Notes: generated by a model from the sequence alone, not told the origin. DNA of 64,000 nt from an uncultured Planctomycetota bacterium (GCA_963784995.1 CAWATZ010000006.1:200853-264852); one strand, 5' to 3'. Positions 19,468 to 29,455 are shown, counted from the stretch's first letter. Made by a program: numbers and translations.

Positions 19468-20907
19468 ATGGGCGAACGGGAGCAAGCGGTCCCCCATCTG
19501 CGCCGCGTGATGCGGGCCCGGGAGTATTTCACCCTGGCGTTCGGCTCGATTGTCGGCGTCGGCTGGATGATCCTGATGGGCGACTGGCTGAGCCGGGGAG
19601 GGCCGGTCGGCGCCATGCTGGGTTTTCTCCTGGTCGGCGTCGCGCTGATCCCGGTGGTGGCGATCTACGGCCGGCTCTCGGCCAGCCTGCCCGAGGCGGG
19701 AACGGAGATCGCCTACACGGGAGCCGTGTTTCCGCGCTGGGTCAGTTTCGCCACCGGCTGGTCGATGACCCTGGCGACCGGAATCGTCTGCCCCTTCGAG
19801 GCCGTCGCCCTGGGCCAGGTCGCTGCTTACGTCATCCCCCAGATGAAGGAAGACCGCTTCGAGTTGTACCGGGTTGCGGGTGAGCCCGTCTATCTGCCGC
19901 AACTGCTGCTGGGGCTGGGCGCGGCCGTCGCGATCACCTGGATCAACTACCGCGGCATCCGCTTCAGCGCTCTGCTCCAGAACCTGACGACCTTTGGCCT
20001 GCTGGCGATCTTCGCCGTCTTCACCGTCCTCGGTCTCTCGCGCGGCCGGGTGGAGAACCTCGAACCCTACTTCGCGGGCCGCGTGGGGATCGAGGGCAAC
20101 CTGCTGGCCGTGTTCGCGATGCTTCAGATCACCCCGTATTTCATGATGGGCTTCGAGACGATCCCGAAATGCTCGGAGGAGGCCGCCCCCGGCTTCGAGG
20201 CCAAACGGTTTGGCGGGGTCATGCTCTGGGCCGTGGGCGTGGCCGTCTTCTTTTATGTGGCGGTCATCGGCGTGGTAGCCATGCTCCAGCCCTGGCAGTC
20301 GCTGGTCGAGGCGCATTTCCCAACGGCCGTGGCGTTCGAGAATGCGTTTGGCTGGCCCTGGCTGGTCCAGCTCATCATGGTCGGCGTGTTGTTGTCGCTG
20401 GTGAAGGTCTTCAACGGCAACTTCCTGGCGGCGACCCGGCTGCTCTACGCGATGGGGCAGCGCAATCTGGCCGGTGGCAAGCTCGGCGCCGTCCACCCGC
20501 GCTACCAGACACCGTTTGTCGCGATCACCCTGGTCGGTGGCCTGACGCTCGCGGCCACCTTTCTGGGCAAAGCGGTGCTGGTGCCGATCACCGACGTCGG
20601 CTCGCTCTGTGGTGCCGCCGTCTGGATGGCGACTGCGCTGGCGTACTTCTGTGGAGCGGCAAGTCGCGAGTACAAGCCCGGGGAGCCGACCTGGGGAAGG
20701 CGGGCGCTCGGGGCGGTCGGGACGGTGGTCGCCGGGTTGCTGGTGCTGATCGTTGCCCTGGGTTTCACGAGATACCACTGGATGGCCCTGGCCGCGTGGG
20801 TTCTGCTGGGGCTTGGGGTCTGGTTCGCCCGGCCTGGGTTCAGAGCGGACTCCTGGCCCGCCTCAGCTACTCACCACAAAAACGGATCGGGGTCAGGATC
20901 ATCCTGA
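19468..20907 (+). CDS. APC-family amino acid permease
   Basis: About 12 TM helices. N-terminal REYFTLAFGSIVGVGWM signature. The start could also be 19408. Confidence 0.8.
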   Translation: MGEREQAVPHLRRVMRAREYFTLAFGSIVGVGWMILMGDWLSRGGPVGAMLGFLLVGVALIPVVAIYGRLSASLPEAGTEIAYTGAVFPRWVSFATGWSMTLATGIVCPFEAVALGQVAAYVIPQMKEDRFELYRVAGEPVYLPQLLLGLGAAVAITWINYRGIRFSALLQNLTTFGLLAIFAVFTVLGLSRGRVENLEPYFAGRVGIEGNLLAVFAMLQITPYFMMGFETIPKCSEEAAPGFEAKRFGGVMLWAVGVAVFFYVAVIGVVAMLQPWQSLVEAHFPTAVAFENAFGWPWLVQLIMVGVLLSLVKVFNGNFLAATRLLYAMGQRNLAGGKLGAVHPRYQTPFVAITLVGGLTLAATFLGKAVLVPITDVGSLCGAAVWMATALAYFCGAASREYKPGEPTWGRRALGAVGTVVAGLLVLIVALGFTRYHWMALAAWVLLGLGVWFARPGFRADSWPASATHHKNGSGSGSS

Positions 20908-21347
20908 GCCGGGATGGGAAGACAAACGGGATAGCACGTATAGACTTCGTCTTCCAAGGTGTAGTGCCCACCTCCCCAGCATACGTCGAACGCCAGCGTC
21001 ACTTTGTCTCGATCCAGCGGCAGTCTGACCTTGGCGACGCGGTGATAAAGGTCGGGGGGATCGACCTCAACGAGCGGCAGTTCCTCATCGAGGTTCAGGT
21101 GCAACTGTCCACTTTCCGGGTCCCGAATGATTTCCGGGTTTCCGACCAGGAAACAGCGCACCCGCTCCCACCGCGGTCCGTTGGTGAACATGAGCAGAGT
21201 GGGGCGATCGCGGCGCACAGGCCACGGCTCGACGGCAACCTTAAACCGGAAGCCGTCTCCAAGTTGCCAGTCCCATACTCCCGTGCCATCCATCGGACCT
21301 GCCTCACGAACGATCAGCCCAGCTGCCCGGCCTGCTTGAGCGGTCAC
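20871..21347 (-). CDS. Hypothetical protein
   Basis: ORF only; no recognisable motif. Confidence 0.35.
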   Translation of the reverse strand: MTAQAGRAAGLIVREAGPMDGTGVWDWQLGDGFRFKVAVEPWPVRRDRPTLLMFTNGPRWERVRCFLVGNPEIIRDPESGQLHLNLDEELPLVEVDPPDLYHRVAKVRLPLDRDKVTLAFDVCWGGGHYTLEDEVYTCYPVCLPIPAQDDPDPDPFLW

Positions 21348-21373
21348 TCGATCACAACAAGCGAATCGAGTGG

Positions 21374-21760
21374 CTAGGCCCCATTGTACCCACAGTAAGG
21401 GGCGACCTCATAGCCCTCGCCCAGCAGCGCCTCCAATTCATCCGCGAACTGCTCCGTCACCGAGTGTTCGCGAGCGATGATCACGTCGGGGGCGAGCCCA
21501 TCGTTGCCCTCATCATCCCCGATGAAGTAGCCGGACAGAAACACCGCTACGCCCCATCCTCCCTCCAGGCGGTGCGCCCCACCGAAGCGCAGGTCGAAGT
21601 GGTCGAACGGGCCGATCCGATCCGGGCGGGTGAACTGGAGCGACCGAGCAGCGGATCGAATCCGGCGCTCGTCTTCCGGATTGGTCGGTTGACCGTCGGC
21701 TCGGAAGACGCTTACGTGTGACCCGAAGTCGGTGCTCACGTCACAAGCCTCCATTTCCAT
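21374..21760 (-). CDS. Hypothetical protein
   Basis: ORF only. Runs in the same direction as its two neighbours. Confidence 0.35.
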   Translation of the reverse strand: MEMEACDVSTDFGSHVSVFRADGQPTNPEDERRIRSAARSLQFTRPDRIGPFDHFDLRFGGAHRLEGGWGVAVFLSGYFIGDDEGNDGLAPDVIIAREHSVTEQFADELEALLGEGYEVAPYCGYNGA

Positions 21761-21803
21761 CTTCCGCTGCTGTAAATTGATGCGACCTCATGGTCCCCGG
21801 GAC

Positions 21804-22373
21804 TCACCAGAGGGACCGAAGCGCGAGCATCATTCCCAACAGAATCTGACACAGACCCCAGACAGCCACCGGGAAGCGGGTGAGCGGAAATCCTGGTGCC
21901 AGGTACATTATGTAAATGGACACGGTGCAGGCCAGAACCGGGATCAGGGCAAGCGCCGGCGACAGGAACCAGGCGAGAGACAATGCAAGCGGCGAGATTA
22001 CGGCAATCGTCAATACTGCCGTATCCCAGAGATCAAAGGGGATTGACGCAAGACATCGATTCCAGAGCGACGCCGGGCGAATGTCCTCAATGTCATTGGC
22101 GTCGAACGGGAGCGGGTACGGTTCAACGCCGCGGCGGATGTAAACTCCGACGCATAGGCCAACGCTGTCAATGACAAGGACGCCATCCCATTTGCCCGCG
22201 ACACGAACGTCCACGTAGTGGTTTCCATCCAAGGATGGAGACGGCAGCCGTCGCTGCAATTCCGGCCGAAGGGCGAACGGATATGGAGTCGTCGTTGTCA
22301 TTGAGCCAGTTTTCCGAAGCCGAATGGTGAAGAAGACTGTTCGCCTGGTCAACCTGTTTCGGTTCCCGGTCAC
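21804..22373 (-). CDS. Hypothetical membrane protein
   Basis: ORF with 3-4 predicted TM helices at the C-terminus. Confidence 0.35.
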   Translation of the reverse strand: MTGNRNRLTRRTVFFTIRLRKTGSMTTTTPYPFALRPELQRRLPSPSLDGNHYVDVRVAGKWDGVLVIDSVGLCVGVYIRRGVEPYPLPFDANDIEDIRPASLWNRCLASIPFDLWDTAVLTIAVISPLALSLAWFLSPALALIPVLACTVSIYIMYLAPGFPLTRFPVAVWGLCQILLGMMLALRSLW

Positions 22374-22611
22374 GTGAAGAGACTGGAAAAAGAGAGCGAC
22401 CGGTTGCCCGAGCTACTGACCTCCTGTTGTTCGAGCCGGCCGGTCGAATCAACCTATTGCATTCGACCGGCTGGCGAGTTTTGCCAGGCAGGCACTTCTT
22501 CCTTCCACGGCGTAACGCCGCAGCAGACGCTACCTCCGACGCAGCCGGCCGCTCTCCCGGGTGATCATAGGAGGAACGAAGGAGAAGGACAAGACGCAGC
22601 CCGAGCAGATA

Positions 22612-22645
22612 CCCAGGGCTCACGCCCTGGCTCGACTCGGGATTG
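22612..22645. repeat. Degenerate partial copy of the family-C element (first part of arm 1)
   Basis: cccagggctcacgccctgg is identical to 37945-37963. The following sequence is only partly similar. Confidence 0.4.
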
Positions 22646-22736
22646 TCCCGTGCAAAGGAGATTGCTAGAAAAGCGCTCTCAGGGCGTTCCCCCATTGAGA
22701 GACGCCTCCTCTCTTCCCCGGGGCAGCGGAGGGCCA

Positions 22737-23363
22737 ATGAACCCCAAAGCGATCTTCCTCGACAAGGACGGCACGCTCCTGGAGAACGTGCCTTACAACG
22801 TCGATCCGGAACAGGTCCGTCTGCTGCCCGGGGCCGTGGAAGGCCTGCTTCAGCTCCAGTCGGCCGGGTATCGTCTGGTGGTGGTGTCGAATCAGTCGGG
22901 TGTGGCCCGGGGCATGTTCCCGGAGCAGGCCCTGGTTGCCGTCGAGCAACGGCTGCGGAACCTGCTGAGCGCCGCGGGCGTGAACCTGGACCGCTGTTAC
23001 TTCTGTCCTCATCATCCCACGGGAGCGGTGTTGGATTATGCCATCGAGTGCGACTGCCGCAAACCTCGGCCGGGTTTGCTGATTCGGGCAGCACGGGAGT
23101 TGTCTCTCGACCTGGCTCAATGCTGGATGATCGGCGATTCGCCCAGCGACGTCGAGGCGGGGCAACGGGCCGGCTGCCGGACGCTGTTCATCGCCGATCC
23201 GCGCGAACCGCTGCCGCCGGGCATGCCCCAACCGAATGCCATGGTCGCCAACCTTATCGAGGCCGCTCGGCACGTCCTTCTTCCTGCTGCTCGGCTCACT
23301 TCCGCTGGGCCTTCTGTCCCTGGTCCTTTGTCCGATGGAAGGCACTGTAAATCAAGTGCTTGA
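22737..23363 (+). CDS. HAD-IIIA family hydrolase (D,D-heptose 1,7-bisphosphate phosphatase GmhB-like)
   Basis: FLDKDGTL (DxDGT) motif, VVVSNQSG, MIGDSPSD. Confidence 0.6.
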   Translation: MNPKAIFLDKDGTLLENVPYNVDPEQVRLLPGAVEGLLQLQSAGYRLVVVSNQSGVARGMFPEQALVAVEQRLRNLLSAAGVNLDRCYFCPHHPTGAVLDYAIECDCRKPRPGLLIRAARELSLDLAQCWMIGDSPSDVEAGQRAGCRTLFIADPREPLPPGMPQPNAMVANLIEAARHVLLPAARLTSAGPSVPGPLSDGRHCKSSA

Positions 23364-24726
23364 TCCGCCGCACCGGACTTGGGAACTCGCCAAGACCCAC
23401 TTGCTGACTCAGATGGTTGTTGTGCGGAAAGCGATCGACCGCCGCAATCAGTAAGATCGTCCAGACGCCCAGCACGGTTGTCACATATTTTCCATGACTG
23501 GCAAACAGCCGGCCTGCTTGCATCAAACCATAGGAAAGCAGCAGGGCCACTCCCAGCACGCTCACAATGCACTTGTAAGCCAGAAGGGGCACACAGAGGT
23601 AGGGCCGAAACTTGATGACCAGGTGTGTTGTAAATCCCATTCCGATCATCGCGAGCAAGACAAGTGGGATGATCGATTGCGCGCCCGGACTGTTCCAGAC
23701 CTTGCGCAGCGTGCGAGCGAAAGCCCACAGGAACACGACAAAGAACATGCCCGCGTAAAAGTGCCAGTAGAACAGATGGTGCATCGGCACCAGGTGCATT
23801 CCCTCCGGATGATAACCATGCTGTTCCGCAATGATTTTCTTGTCGCCATGATAGTACAGCGAGTTGGAAGAAACAACGAAGGAAGGAAGAAACGTACTCA
23901 CCGCAATGTATGGGTAGGTGATCAGGTTCGAGAGCACGTCTTCGGCAGCCATGATCGGATAGTGATAGGTGAAGATGGTATCCGATTCATGCCCGGGAGT
24001 GAAGTGCTCGCCACTGGAAGGCAGTTTTCCCGCGACGTAGCCAACGGTCACAAGGACGGTGGACAGGGCAACAAAGCGGACCCGGTGGAGATACTGCTTG
24101 CTCAGTTCAGGATGGCGACGCAGCAGCAGATAGAGGAAGGCGCAGCATGTCAGGAGGAACACGCAATAGTCGAGCCACTGCTCCCAGCACAGGGCAAACA
24201 CAATCAGGCTGACCACGAAACCGATCTTCGGGCCGCGCAGTTGCGTGGTGCGCGTTGCCAGTGCGTACAGGTAGAACAGGTTGATGAGCAAGTAGAGGAC
24301 AAACAGCACCCAGAGGTGGCCGCCGCTGTGGACGTAGGAGTAGTTGAACTGGGAACCAAAGCCCAGGCAAATGGCCAGGGTGCTGCTGAAGACTCGCGAG
24401 CGCAGCAGTACCCAGGAGCCAACGTAGGACACGACCACAAGCAGGCCCAGCAGTCCCACAAAGATCCAGGGCCCCGGCACCACCAGGTTCACCAGACCGA
24501 TCAGGGCAAAGCCCGTGGGCGTCCAGCGATAGCAGTCGCTGCCGAAATCGAACGGCAGCAGCAGCTTCCAGGGCTGGGCGACCAGCTTGGGGTCAAGAGG
24601 ATGGTTCAGCTCCCTGGGTCCGGTGGCCAGCGGCAGCCGGAGCAGCAGCCAGAGAAGCAGGATGGGCAGAAGCGGGAGCAAGCCGTGCAACCAGTCGCGC
24701 CTTGGAAGCGGTTGGGCACTGTCCAT
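23296..24726 (-). CDS. Polytopic integral membrane protein (hypothetical; glycosyltransferase-39 / DUF2079-like topology)
   Basis: More than 10 TM helices. Start taken at MDSAQPL (24726). The upstream part of the long ORF overlaps the family-A palindrome and is not protein-like. Confidence 0.5.
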   Translation of the reverse strand: MDSAQPLPRRDWLHGLLPLLPILLLWLLLRLPLATGPRELNHPLDPKLVAQPWKLLLPFDFGSDCYRWTPTGFALIGLVNLVVPGPWIFVGLLGLLVVVSYVGSWVLLRSRVFSSTLAICLGFGSQFNYSYVHSGGHLWVLFVLYLLINLFYLYALATRTTQLRGPKIGFVVSLIVFALCWEQWLDYCVFLLTCCAFLYLLLRRHPELSKQYLHRVRFVALSTVLVTVGYVAGKLPSSGEHFTPGHESDTIFTYHYPIMAAEDVLSNLITYPYIAVSTFLPSFVVSSNSLYYHGDKKIIAEQHGYHPEGMHLVPMHHLFYWHFYAGMFFVVFLWAFARTLRKVWNSPGAQSIIPLVLLAMIGMGFTTHLVIKFRPYLCVPLLAYKCIVSVLGVALLLSYGLMQAGRLFASHGKYVTTVLGVWTILLIAAVDRFPHNNHLSQQVGLGEFPSPVRRIKHLIYSAFHRTKDQGQKAQRK

Positions 24727-24791
24727 GCGATTCTCCTCCCATCCTGGGTGACGGGCGCCCCTCTGGATTTTGGCGGCGACGGGTCGCAGTG

Positions 24792-24870
24792 GCCGAGCCG
24801 CGCACGCAGCGCAGCGGAGTAAGCGGGCTTTCAGCCCGCTTACTCCGCTGCGCTGCGTGCGCGGCTCGGC
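24792..24870. repeat. Family-A palindromic element, copy 1: perfect 38-bp stem, 3-nt loop
   Basis: gccgagccgcgcacgcagcgcagcggagtaagcgggct ttc agcccgcttactccgctgcgctgcgtgcgcggctcggc. The 32-nt core is identical to copy 2 at 47840-47915. Confidence 0.85.
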
Positions 24871-25069
24871 GAACCTGCCAACATCGAGCAGCAACAGCCT
24901 ACCACGTTCTGGCGAGCCGGAGAAGAGCAGCTCGGCCGGCCCCGGCCGGGGTCGGGCCACGACGGAAGGGCCCGCCGGGACTTCGTCTTGCGTGCCTTGC
25001 CTTGACCGCCTACACTCTAGATCGGGTTAGACCCGCAGGGGTGGATCTGTCCTGCCGAGCTGGAGACGT

Positions 25070-26824
25070 ATGAACTATAATCCCGCCAATCCTCTTATCG
25101 TCGTCGCGGATCGCACGGTCCTGGTCGAGGTGGACAACCCTCTCTACGCGGAGGCCCGCGATGCCCTCGCTCCGTTCGCCGAGCTGGAGAAAAGCCCCGA
25201 GCACATCCACACCTATCGTCTGACCCCTCTGTCGCTGTGGAACGCCGCGGCCGCGGGCATGACCGCCGCGGCCATGATCGAAGTGCTGCAGCGCTATACC
25301 AAGTATCCGCTGCCGACCAACATCGGCACTGACATTGCCGACCTGGTCAGCCGCTATGGCCGGGTCAAACTGGTCCGGCACACCGAAGGTGCCACGGGTG
25401 ACGGCAGCGTGCCGCTCCGCCTGGTCTGTGCCGACGTGCCGCTGCTGGAGGAACTGGCCCGACAGCCCAAGGTCCGCGAGCATCTGGGCCCCCGGCTGGA
25501 CAGCACCAGCTTCCAGATTGACGCGGGCAAGCGCGGCGTCCTCAAACAGGCCCTGATCGGGGTCGGCTATCCTGCCGAGGACCTGGCCGGCTACACCGAG
25601 GGAGCGGCGCTGCCGATCCACCTGCGTGAACTGGGCCGAGTGCAGGGCCTGCCCTTCCACGTCCGCGACTATCAGCGCGAGGCCAGCGAGATCTTCTACG
25701 CCGGCGGCGATGCCCGCGGCGGCAGCGGCGTCATCGTGCTGCCCTGCGGAGCGGGCAAGACCATCGTCGGCATCGCCACCATGGCCCTGATGCAGCGCTC
25801 GACCCTGGTGCTGACCACCGGCATCACGGCTGTCAAGCAGTGGCGCCGCGAGATCCTGGACAAGACGGACCTGAGTGAGGATCAGATCTGCGAGTACACC
25901 GGCGAAAGCAAGGAGATTGGCCCGGTCACCCTGGCGACGTATCAGATCCTCACGTACCGCAATGACAGGAACGAGGAGTTCCCGCACTTCCACCTGTTCG
26001 ACCAGCGCGACTGGGGCCTGATCATCTATGACGAGGTCCACCTGCTGCCGGCCCCGGTCTTTCGGGTGACCGCCCAGATCCAGGCCCGCCGCCGGCTCGG
26101 CTTGACCGCCACCCTGGTGCGCGAGGACGGCCGGGAATCGGACGTGTTCAGCCTGATCGGACCCAAGAAATACGATGTTCCCTGGCGCGAGCTGGAGTCG
26201 CGCGGCTGGATCGCCGAGGCGGCCTGCACCGAGGTCCGCATCGGGCTGCCCGAGTCGATCCGCATGGAGTACGCGGTGGCCGAGCAGCGCAACAAGTACC
26301 GCATCGCCAGCGAGAACCCGGCCAAGGAGGACGTGATTGCCGCCCTGCTGGAGCGGCACAAGGATTGCCGGGTGCTGATCATCGGGCAGTATCTGAAACA
26401 GTTGCGCGACTTGCGCGAACGCTTCCAGATGCCGCTGATCACCGGACAGACCGCGAACTCCGAGCGTGAGGACCTTTACGGCAAGTTCCGCCGGGGCGAG
26501 ATCCGGCAGTTGATCCTGTCCAAGGTGGGCAACTTTGCGATCGACCTGCCGGACGCGAACGTACTGATTCAGGTGTCGGGCACGTTCGGCTCGCGCCAGG
26601 AGGAGGCCCAGCGGCTGGGGCGAATCCTGCGGCCCAAGTCGGGTGGCGAGGTGGCCCACTTTTACACGCTGGTGACGCGCAACACCCGCGAGCAGGAGTT
26701 CGCCCACCATCGCCAGCTGTTCCTGACCGAGCAGGGGTACAGTTACCAGATCGTCGATGGGACCGATTTGCTGGCGGGGGCGTCGGCCAACGGGGAGAGG
26801 GCGAAGTGTGCCCAGGCGGGGTGA
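25070..26824 (+). CDS. XPB/ERCC3-like superfamily-2 DNA helicase
   Basis: N-terminal damage-recognition-like domain. Walker A LPCGAGKT, DEVH box, helicase C motifs. Confidence 0.8.
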   Translation: MNYNPANPLIVVADRTVLVEVDNPLYAEARDALAPFAELEKSPEHIHTYRLTPLSLWNAAAAGMTAAAMIEVLQRYTKYPLPTNIGTDIADLVSRYGRVKLVRHTEGATGDGSVPLRLVCADVPLLEELARQPKVREHLGPRLDSTSFQIDAGKRGVLKQALIGVGYPAEDLAGYTEGAALPIHLRELGRVQGLPFHVRDYQREASEIFYAGGDARGGSGVIVLPCGAGKTIVGIATMALMQRSTLVLTTGITAVKQWRREILDKTDLSEDQICEYTGESKEIGPVTLATYQILTYRNDRNEEFPHFHLFDQRDWGLIIYDEVHLLPAPVFRVTAQIQARRRLGLTATLVREDGRESDVFSLIGPKKYDVPWRELESRGWIAEAACTEVRIGLPESIRMEYAVAEQRNKYRIASENPAKEDVIAALLERHKDCRVLIIGQYLKQLRDLRERFQMPLITGQTANSEREDLYGKFRRGEIRQLILSKVGNFAIDLPDANVLIQVSGTFGSRQEEAQRLGRILRPKSGGEVAHFYTLVTRNTREQEFAHHRQLFLTEQGYSYQIVDGTDLLAGASANGERAKCAQAG

Positions 26825-26835
26825 CGTGCGAGGGC

Positions 26836-26919
26836 CCCCGGGTTGCGCTGCGCTCCACCCGGGGCTTTAGTCCCAACACCCGGAGTAAAGCCCCGGGTGG
26901 AGCGCAGCGCAACCCGGGG
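26836..26919. repeat. Family-B palindromic element: perfect 34-bp stem, 16-nt loop, between the XPB gene and the downstream ORF
   Basis: ccccgggttgcgctgcgctccacccggggcttta ... taaagccccgggtggagcgcagcgcaacccgggg. Shares gcgctgcgc and ggagtaa(a)gc motifs with family A. Confidence 0.8.
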
Positions 26920-26945
26920 TGCCCCCCGGGAACGGAGAGGCGTTG

Positions 26946-27221
26946 ATGTTGAACGATCCGATCCGCCGGACGCCCACGGGCCGGCTGCCCATCAAGCTGC
27001 ACCGCCGCGTGTGCCTGGTGCAGACCGAGGACGCCGTGCTGGCCGAGGAGTTGCTGGCGCGCAAGAAGCTCGCCCAGGACATCGCCGGCCGGCTCACGGA
27101 GCGCGTTTTGCTGATCCGCAGCGGGCGGGTCGAGGCCGTGGTGCAGGAATTGCAGAAGATGGGGCACACGCCCCAGGTCAGCACACGCACGCTCGATGAC
27201 AAGGTGATTCCAGGGAAATGA
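26946..27221 (+). CDS. Small hypothetical protein co-operonic with the XPB-like helicase
   Basis: ORF of 91 aa. Its stop overlaps the next start (ATGA). Confidence 0.35.
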   Translation: MLNDPIRRTPTGRLPIKLHRRVCLVQTEDAVLAEELLARKKLAQDIAGRLTERVLLIRSGRVEAVVQELQKMGHTPQVSTRTLDDKVIPGK

Positions 27222-29455
27222 CTCCCGCTACAGACGCCTACTGGTCCGATCTGCTGCAGCGCACCCTGGCCTGCTACGACGAGCCGCTCTTGCGTCAGGT
27301 CGCGGGCCGACTGGTCAAGCCACGCAATCAGTGGCCAATCGAGGACCTGATCCAGCGCAGCGGGGACACGGCGACCAATCCCGCGGTCATCGATCGCCGG
27401 CTGCAGGAGTTGGAGCCAGCCAGCCGGCAAGTCCTGGCCCTGATCGGCTGCTCCCGGCAGCCACTGTGGCACCTGGGCAACCTGATCGAGATGGTCATGG
27501 CCCTGGGGCACAGCGATGGCCTCAAGCCGATCTTCACCCTGTTCGAGAACGGCCTGCTCTTTCCCCGCCTGCTGACGCTCGACACACCGAACTCTCTGGC
27601 CAGCAAGATCCGCTCGTTCGAGTTCTGGCTGGCCATCCCGGGGAGCAGCCGGCAGGTGTTCACGCACCCGCAGATCGCGGCCCGGGCGGTCAGCGAGCCG
27701 CTGGGCTTGCCCGACCTTTCCGTCCCGCTCTCGCCGGCCCCGCCGGCGAATGGTGAGCCAGTCGAGACTGAGGAGCGTTGCGCTCCGGCCGACAGGTCGG
27801 CCTGCGCTTCGCCGTTGCCCGATCTGACACCGGGGGGCGGCCCCCAGGAAGCGGACGGGCTGGAGTGGCTGCTGCGCCTGGCCGTGCTGTGGCAGCAGGT
27901 GACGACCTCCCCGCTCCGGCGGACACAGCAGGGCGGCTTTTTCAAGCGCGACCAGGAGCGCTTGCAGTCCGATCCGGTGCTGACCGCGGTGCCTCACGAA
28001 AACCTGGTCGAGACCCTCGATCCGGGCTTCCTGCTGGCCGCCCTGGCCGAGCAGCAGGGGCTGCTGGTCGAGGCCGATGGCGAGCTGCGTGCCGGGCCCT
28101 TGCCGGCCGCGTGGGAAGCAGGGCTGTGGCCAACACTGGAATCCTTCTGGTCCGAGCTGTGGCAGCTGGGGACGTGGAACCCAATGGACGGCTGGCGTGC
28201 CGAGCCGATGGCGGGCAATCCCTTCGCCTCTGCCTCCCTGCTGACCTTCCTGCTGCTAGCCCGCGTGGGCGGAGACTCCGCCCCCGGCTGGATGAGCCCC
28301 GCGGTGATCCAGAACTGGCTGCTGCGTCATCATCCCTTCTGGAAGGGCGACGCGCTCCGCCCGTCGTGGCAACAGCCGTGGCTTGAGCGCTTCTTGCTGG
28401 GCGTCGCTTACCACTTCCGCCTGGTACTCGCCGCCCGCTCCGCCGACGGCGGCTGGCTGGTCCGGCTGAGTCCCGTGGCCCGCTGGCTGCTCCATCAGGC
28501 CGAGCCGCCCGAGACGCCGCCGGTCTTTGCCCAGAGCCTGCTGATCCAACCCAACCTGGAGATCATCGCCTATCGCCAGGGGCTGACGCCTGCCCTGATC
28601 CAGAAGCTGACGCGCTTTGCCCGGTGGCGCAGCCTGGGAGCGGCCTGCACCTTGCAACTGGAGCCGGAGAGCGTCTACCGCGCCCTGGAAGGCGGCCAGA
28701 CGTTCGACAGTATCCGGCTGACGCTGGAGCAGCACGGCACCCGGGCGGTGCCGGCCGCGGTCCTCGACGCCCTGCGCACCTGGTCCAACAAGCGCGACCG
28801 GATCACCGTCTATCCCTCGGCCACGCTGCTGGAGTTCACCTGCGCCGAGGACCTCAACGACGCCCTGGCGCGGGGCTTGCCGGGGGTGCGCATCGCCGAC
28901 ACGCTGGCGGTGGTAGCCAGCGAGGACGACATCGACTTCAGTCACTTCCGGCTGACCGGCACGCGCGATTACAGTCTCCAGCCGGAGAAGTGCGTCACGC
29001 TGGAGCCGGACGGAGTGACGCTGACCGTGGACCTGAGCCGATCGGACCTGATGCTGGAGACGGAGCTGCCGCGCTTCGCCGACCCGCTCAGCACCTCGGC
29101 GGCCCAGAATCAACGCCAGTACCGGCTGACCCCGGCCTCGCTGGGTCGGGCGAGGAATGCGGGGATCGCGGCGACCACACTGGAAACGTGGTTCCAGCAG
29201 CGCTGCGGCCAGCCGCTGTCGCCGGCCGCCCGGATGCTGCTGGCCGGGACGCAGTTGCCCGCACCGCAGTTCCAGCGGTTACTGATCTTGCAGGTGCCCA
29301 GCGCCGAACTGGCCGACGGCCTGATGCAATGGCCGACCACGCGCGGGCTGATCGCCTCCCGGCTTGGTCCGACGGCGCTGGTCGTGACTGAGGAGCAGGC
29401 CCCGGTGCTGCGCGAACGGCTGCGCGAGGCCGGTCTGCCGGTGCCGGAGCTTTGA
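27218..29455 (+). CDS. Large conserved hypothetical protein translationally coupled to the XPB operon (possible Bax1-like helicase partner)
   Basis: 745-aa ORF with an ATGA overlap to the upstream gene. I could not recognise a family-level motif. Confidence 0.4.
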   Translation: MTPATDAYWSDLLQRTLACYDEPLLRQVAGRLVKPRNQWPIEDLIQRSGDTATNPAVIDRRLQELEPASRQVLALIGCSRQPLWHLGNLIEMVMALGHSDGLKPIFTLFENGLLFPRLLTLDTPNSLASKIRSFEFWLAIPGSSRQVFTHPQIAARAVSEPLGLPDLSVPLSPAPPANGEPVETEERCAPADRSACASPLPDLTPGGGPQEADGLEWLLRLAVLWQQVTTSPLRRTQQGGFFKRDQERLQSDPVLTAVPHENLVETLDPGFLLAALAEQQGLLVEADGELRAGPLPAAWEAGLWPTLESFWSELWQLGTWNPMDGWRAEPMAGNPFASASLLTFLLLARVGGDSAPGWMSPAVIQNWLLRHHPFWKGDALRPSWQQPWLERFLLGVAYHFRLVLAARSADGGWLVRLSPVARWLLHQAEPPETPPVFAQSLLIQPNLEIIAYRQGLTPALIQKLTRFARWRSLGAACTLQLEPESVYRALEGGQTFDSIRLTLEQHGTRAVPAAVLDALRTWSNKRDRITVYPSATLLEFTCAEDLNDALARGLPGVRIADTLAVVASEDDIDFSHFRLTGTRDYSLQPEKCVTLEPDGVTLTVDLSRSDLMLETELPRFADPLSTSAAQNQRQYRLTPASLGRARNAGIAATTLETWFQQRCGQPLSPAARMLLAGTQLPAPQFQRLLILQVPSAELADGLMQWPTTRGLIASRLGPTALVVTEEQAPVLRERLREAGLPVPEL

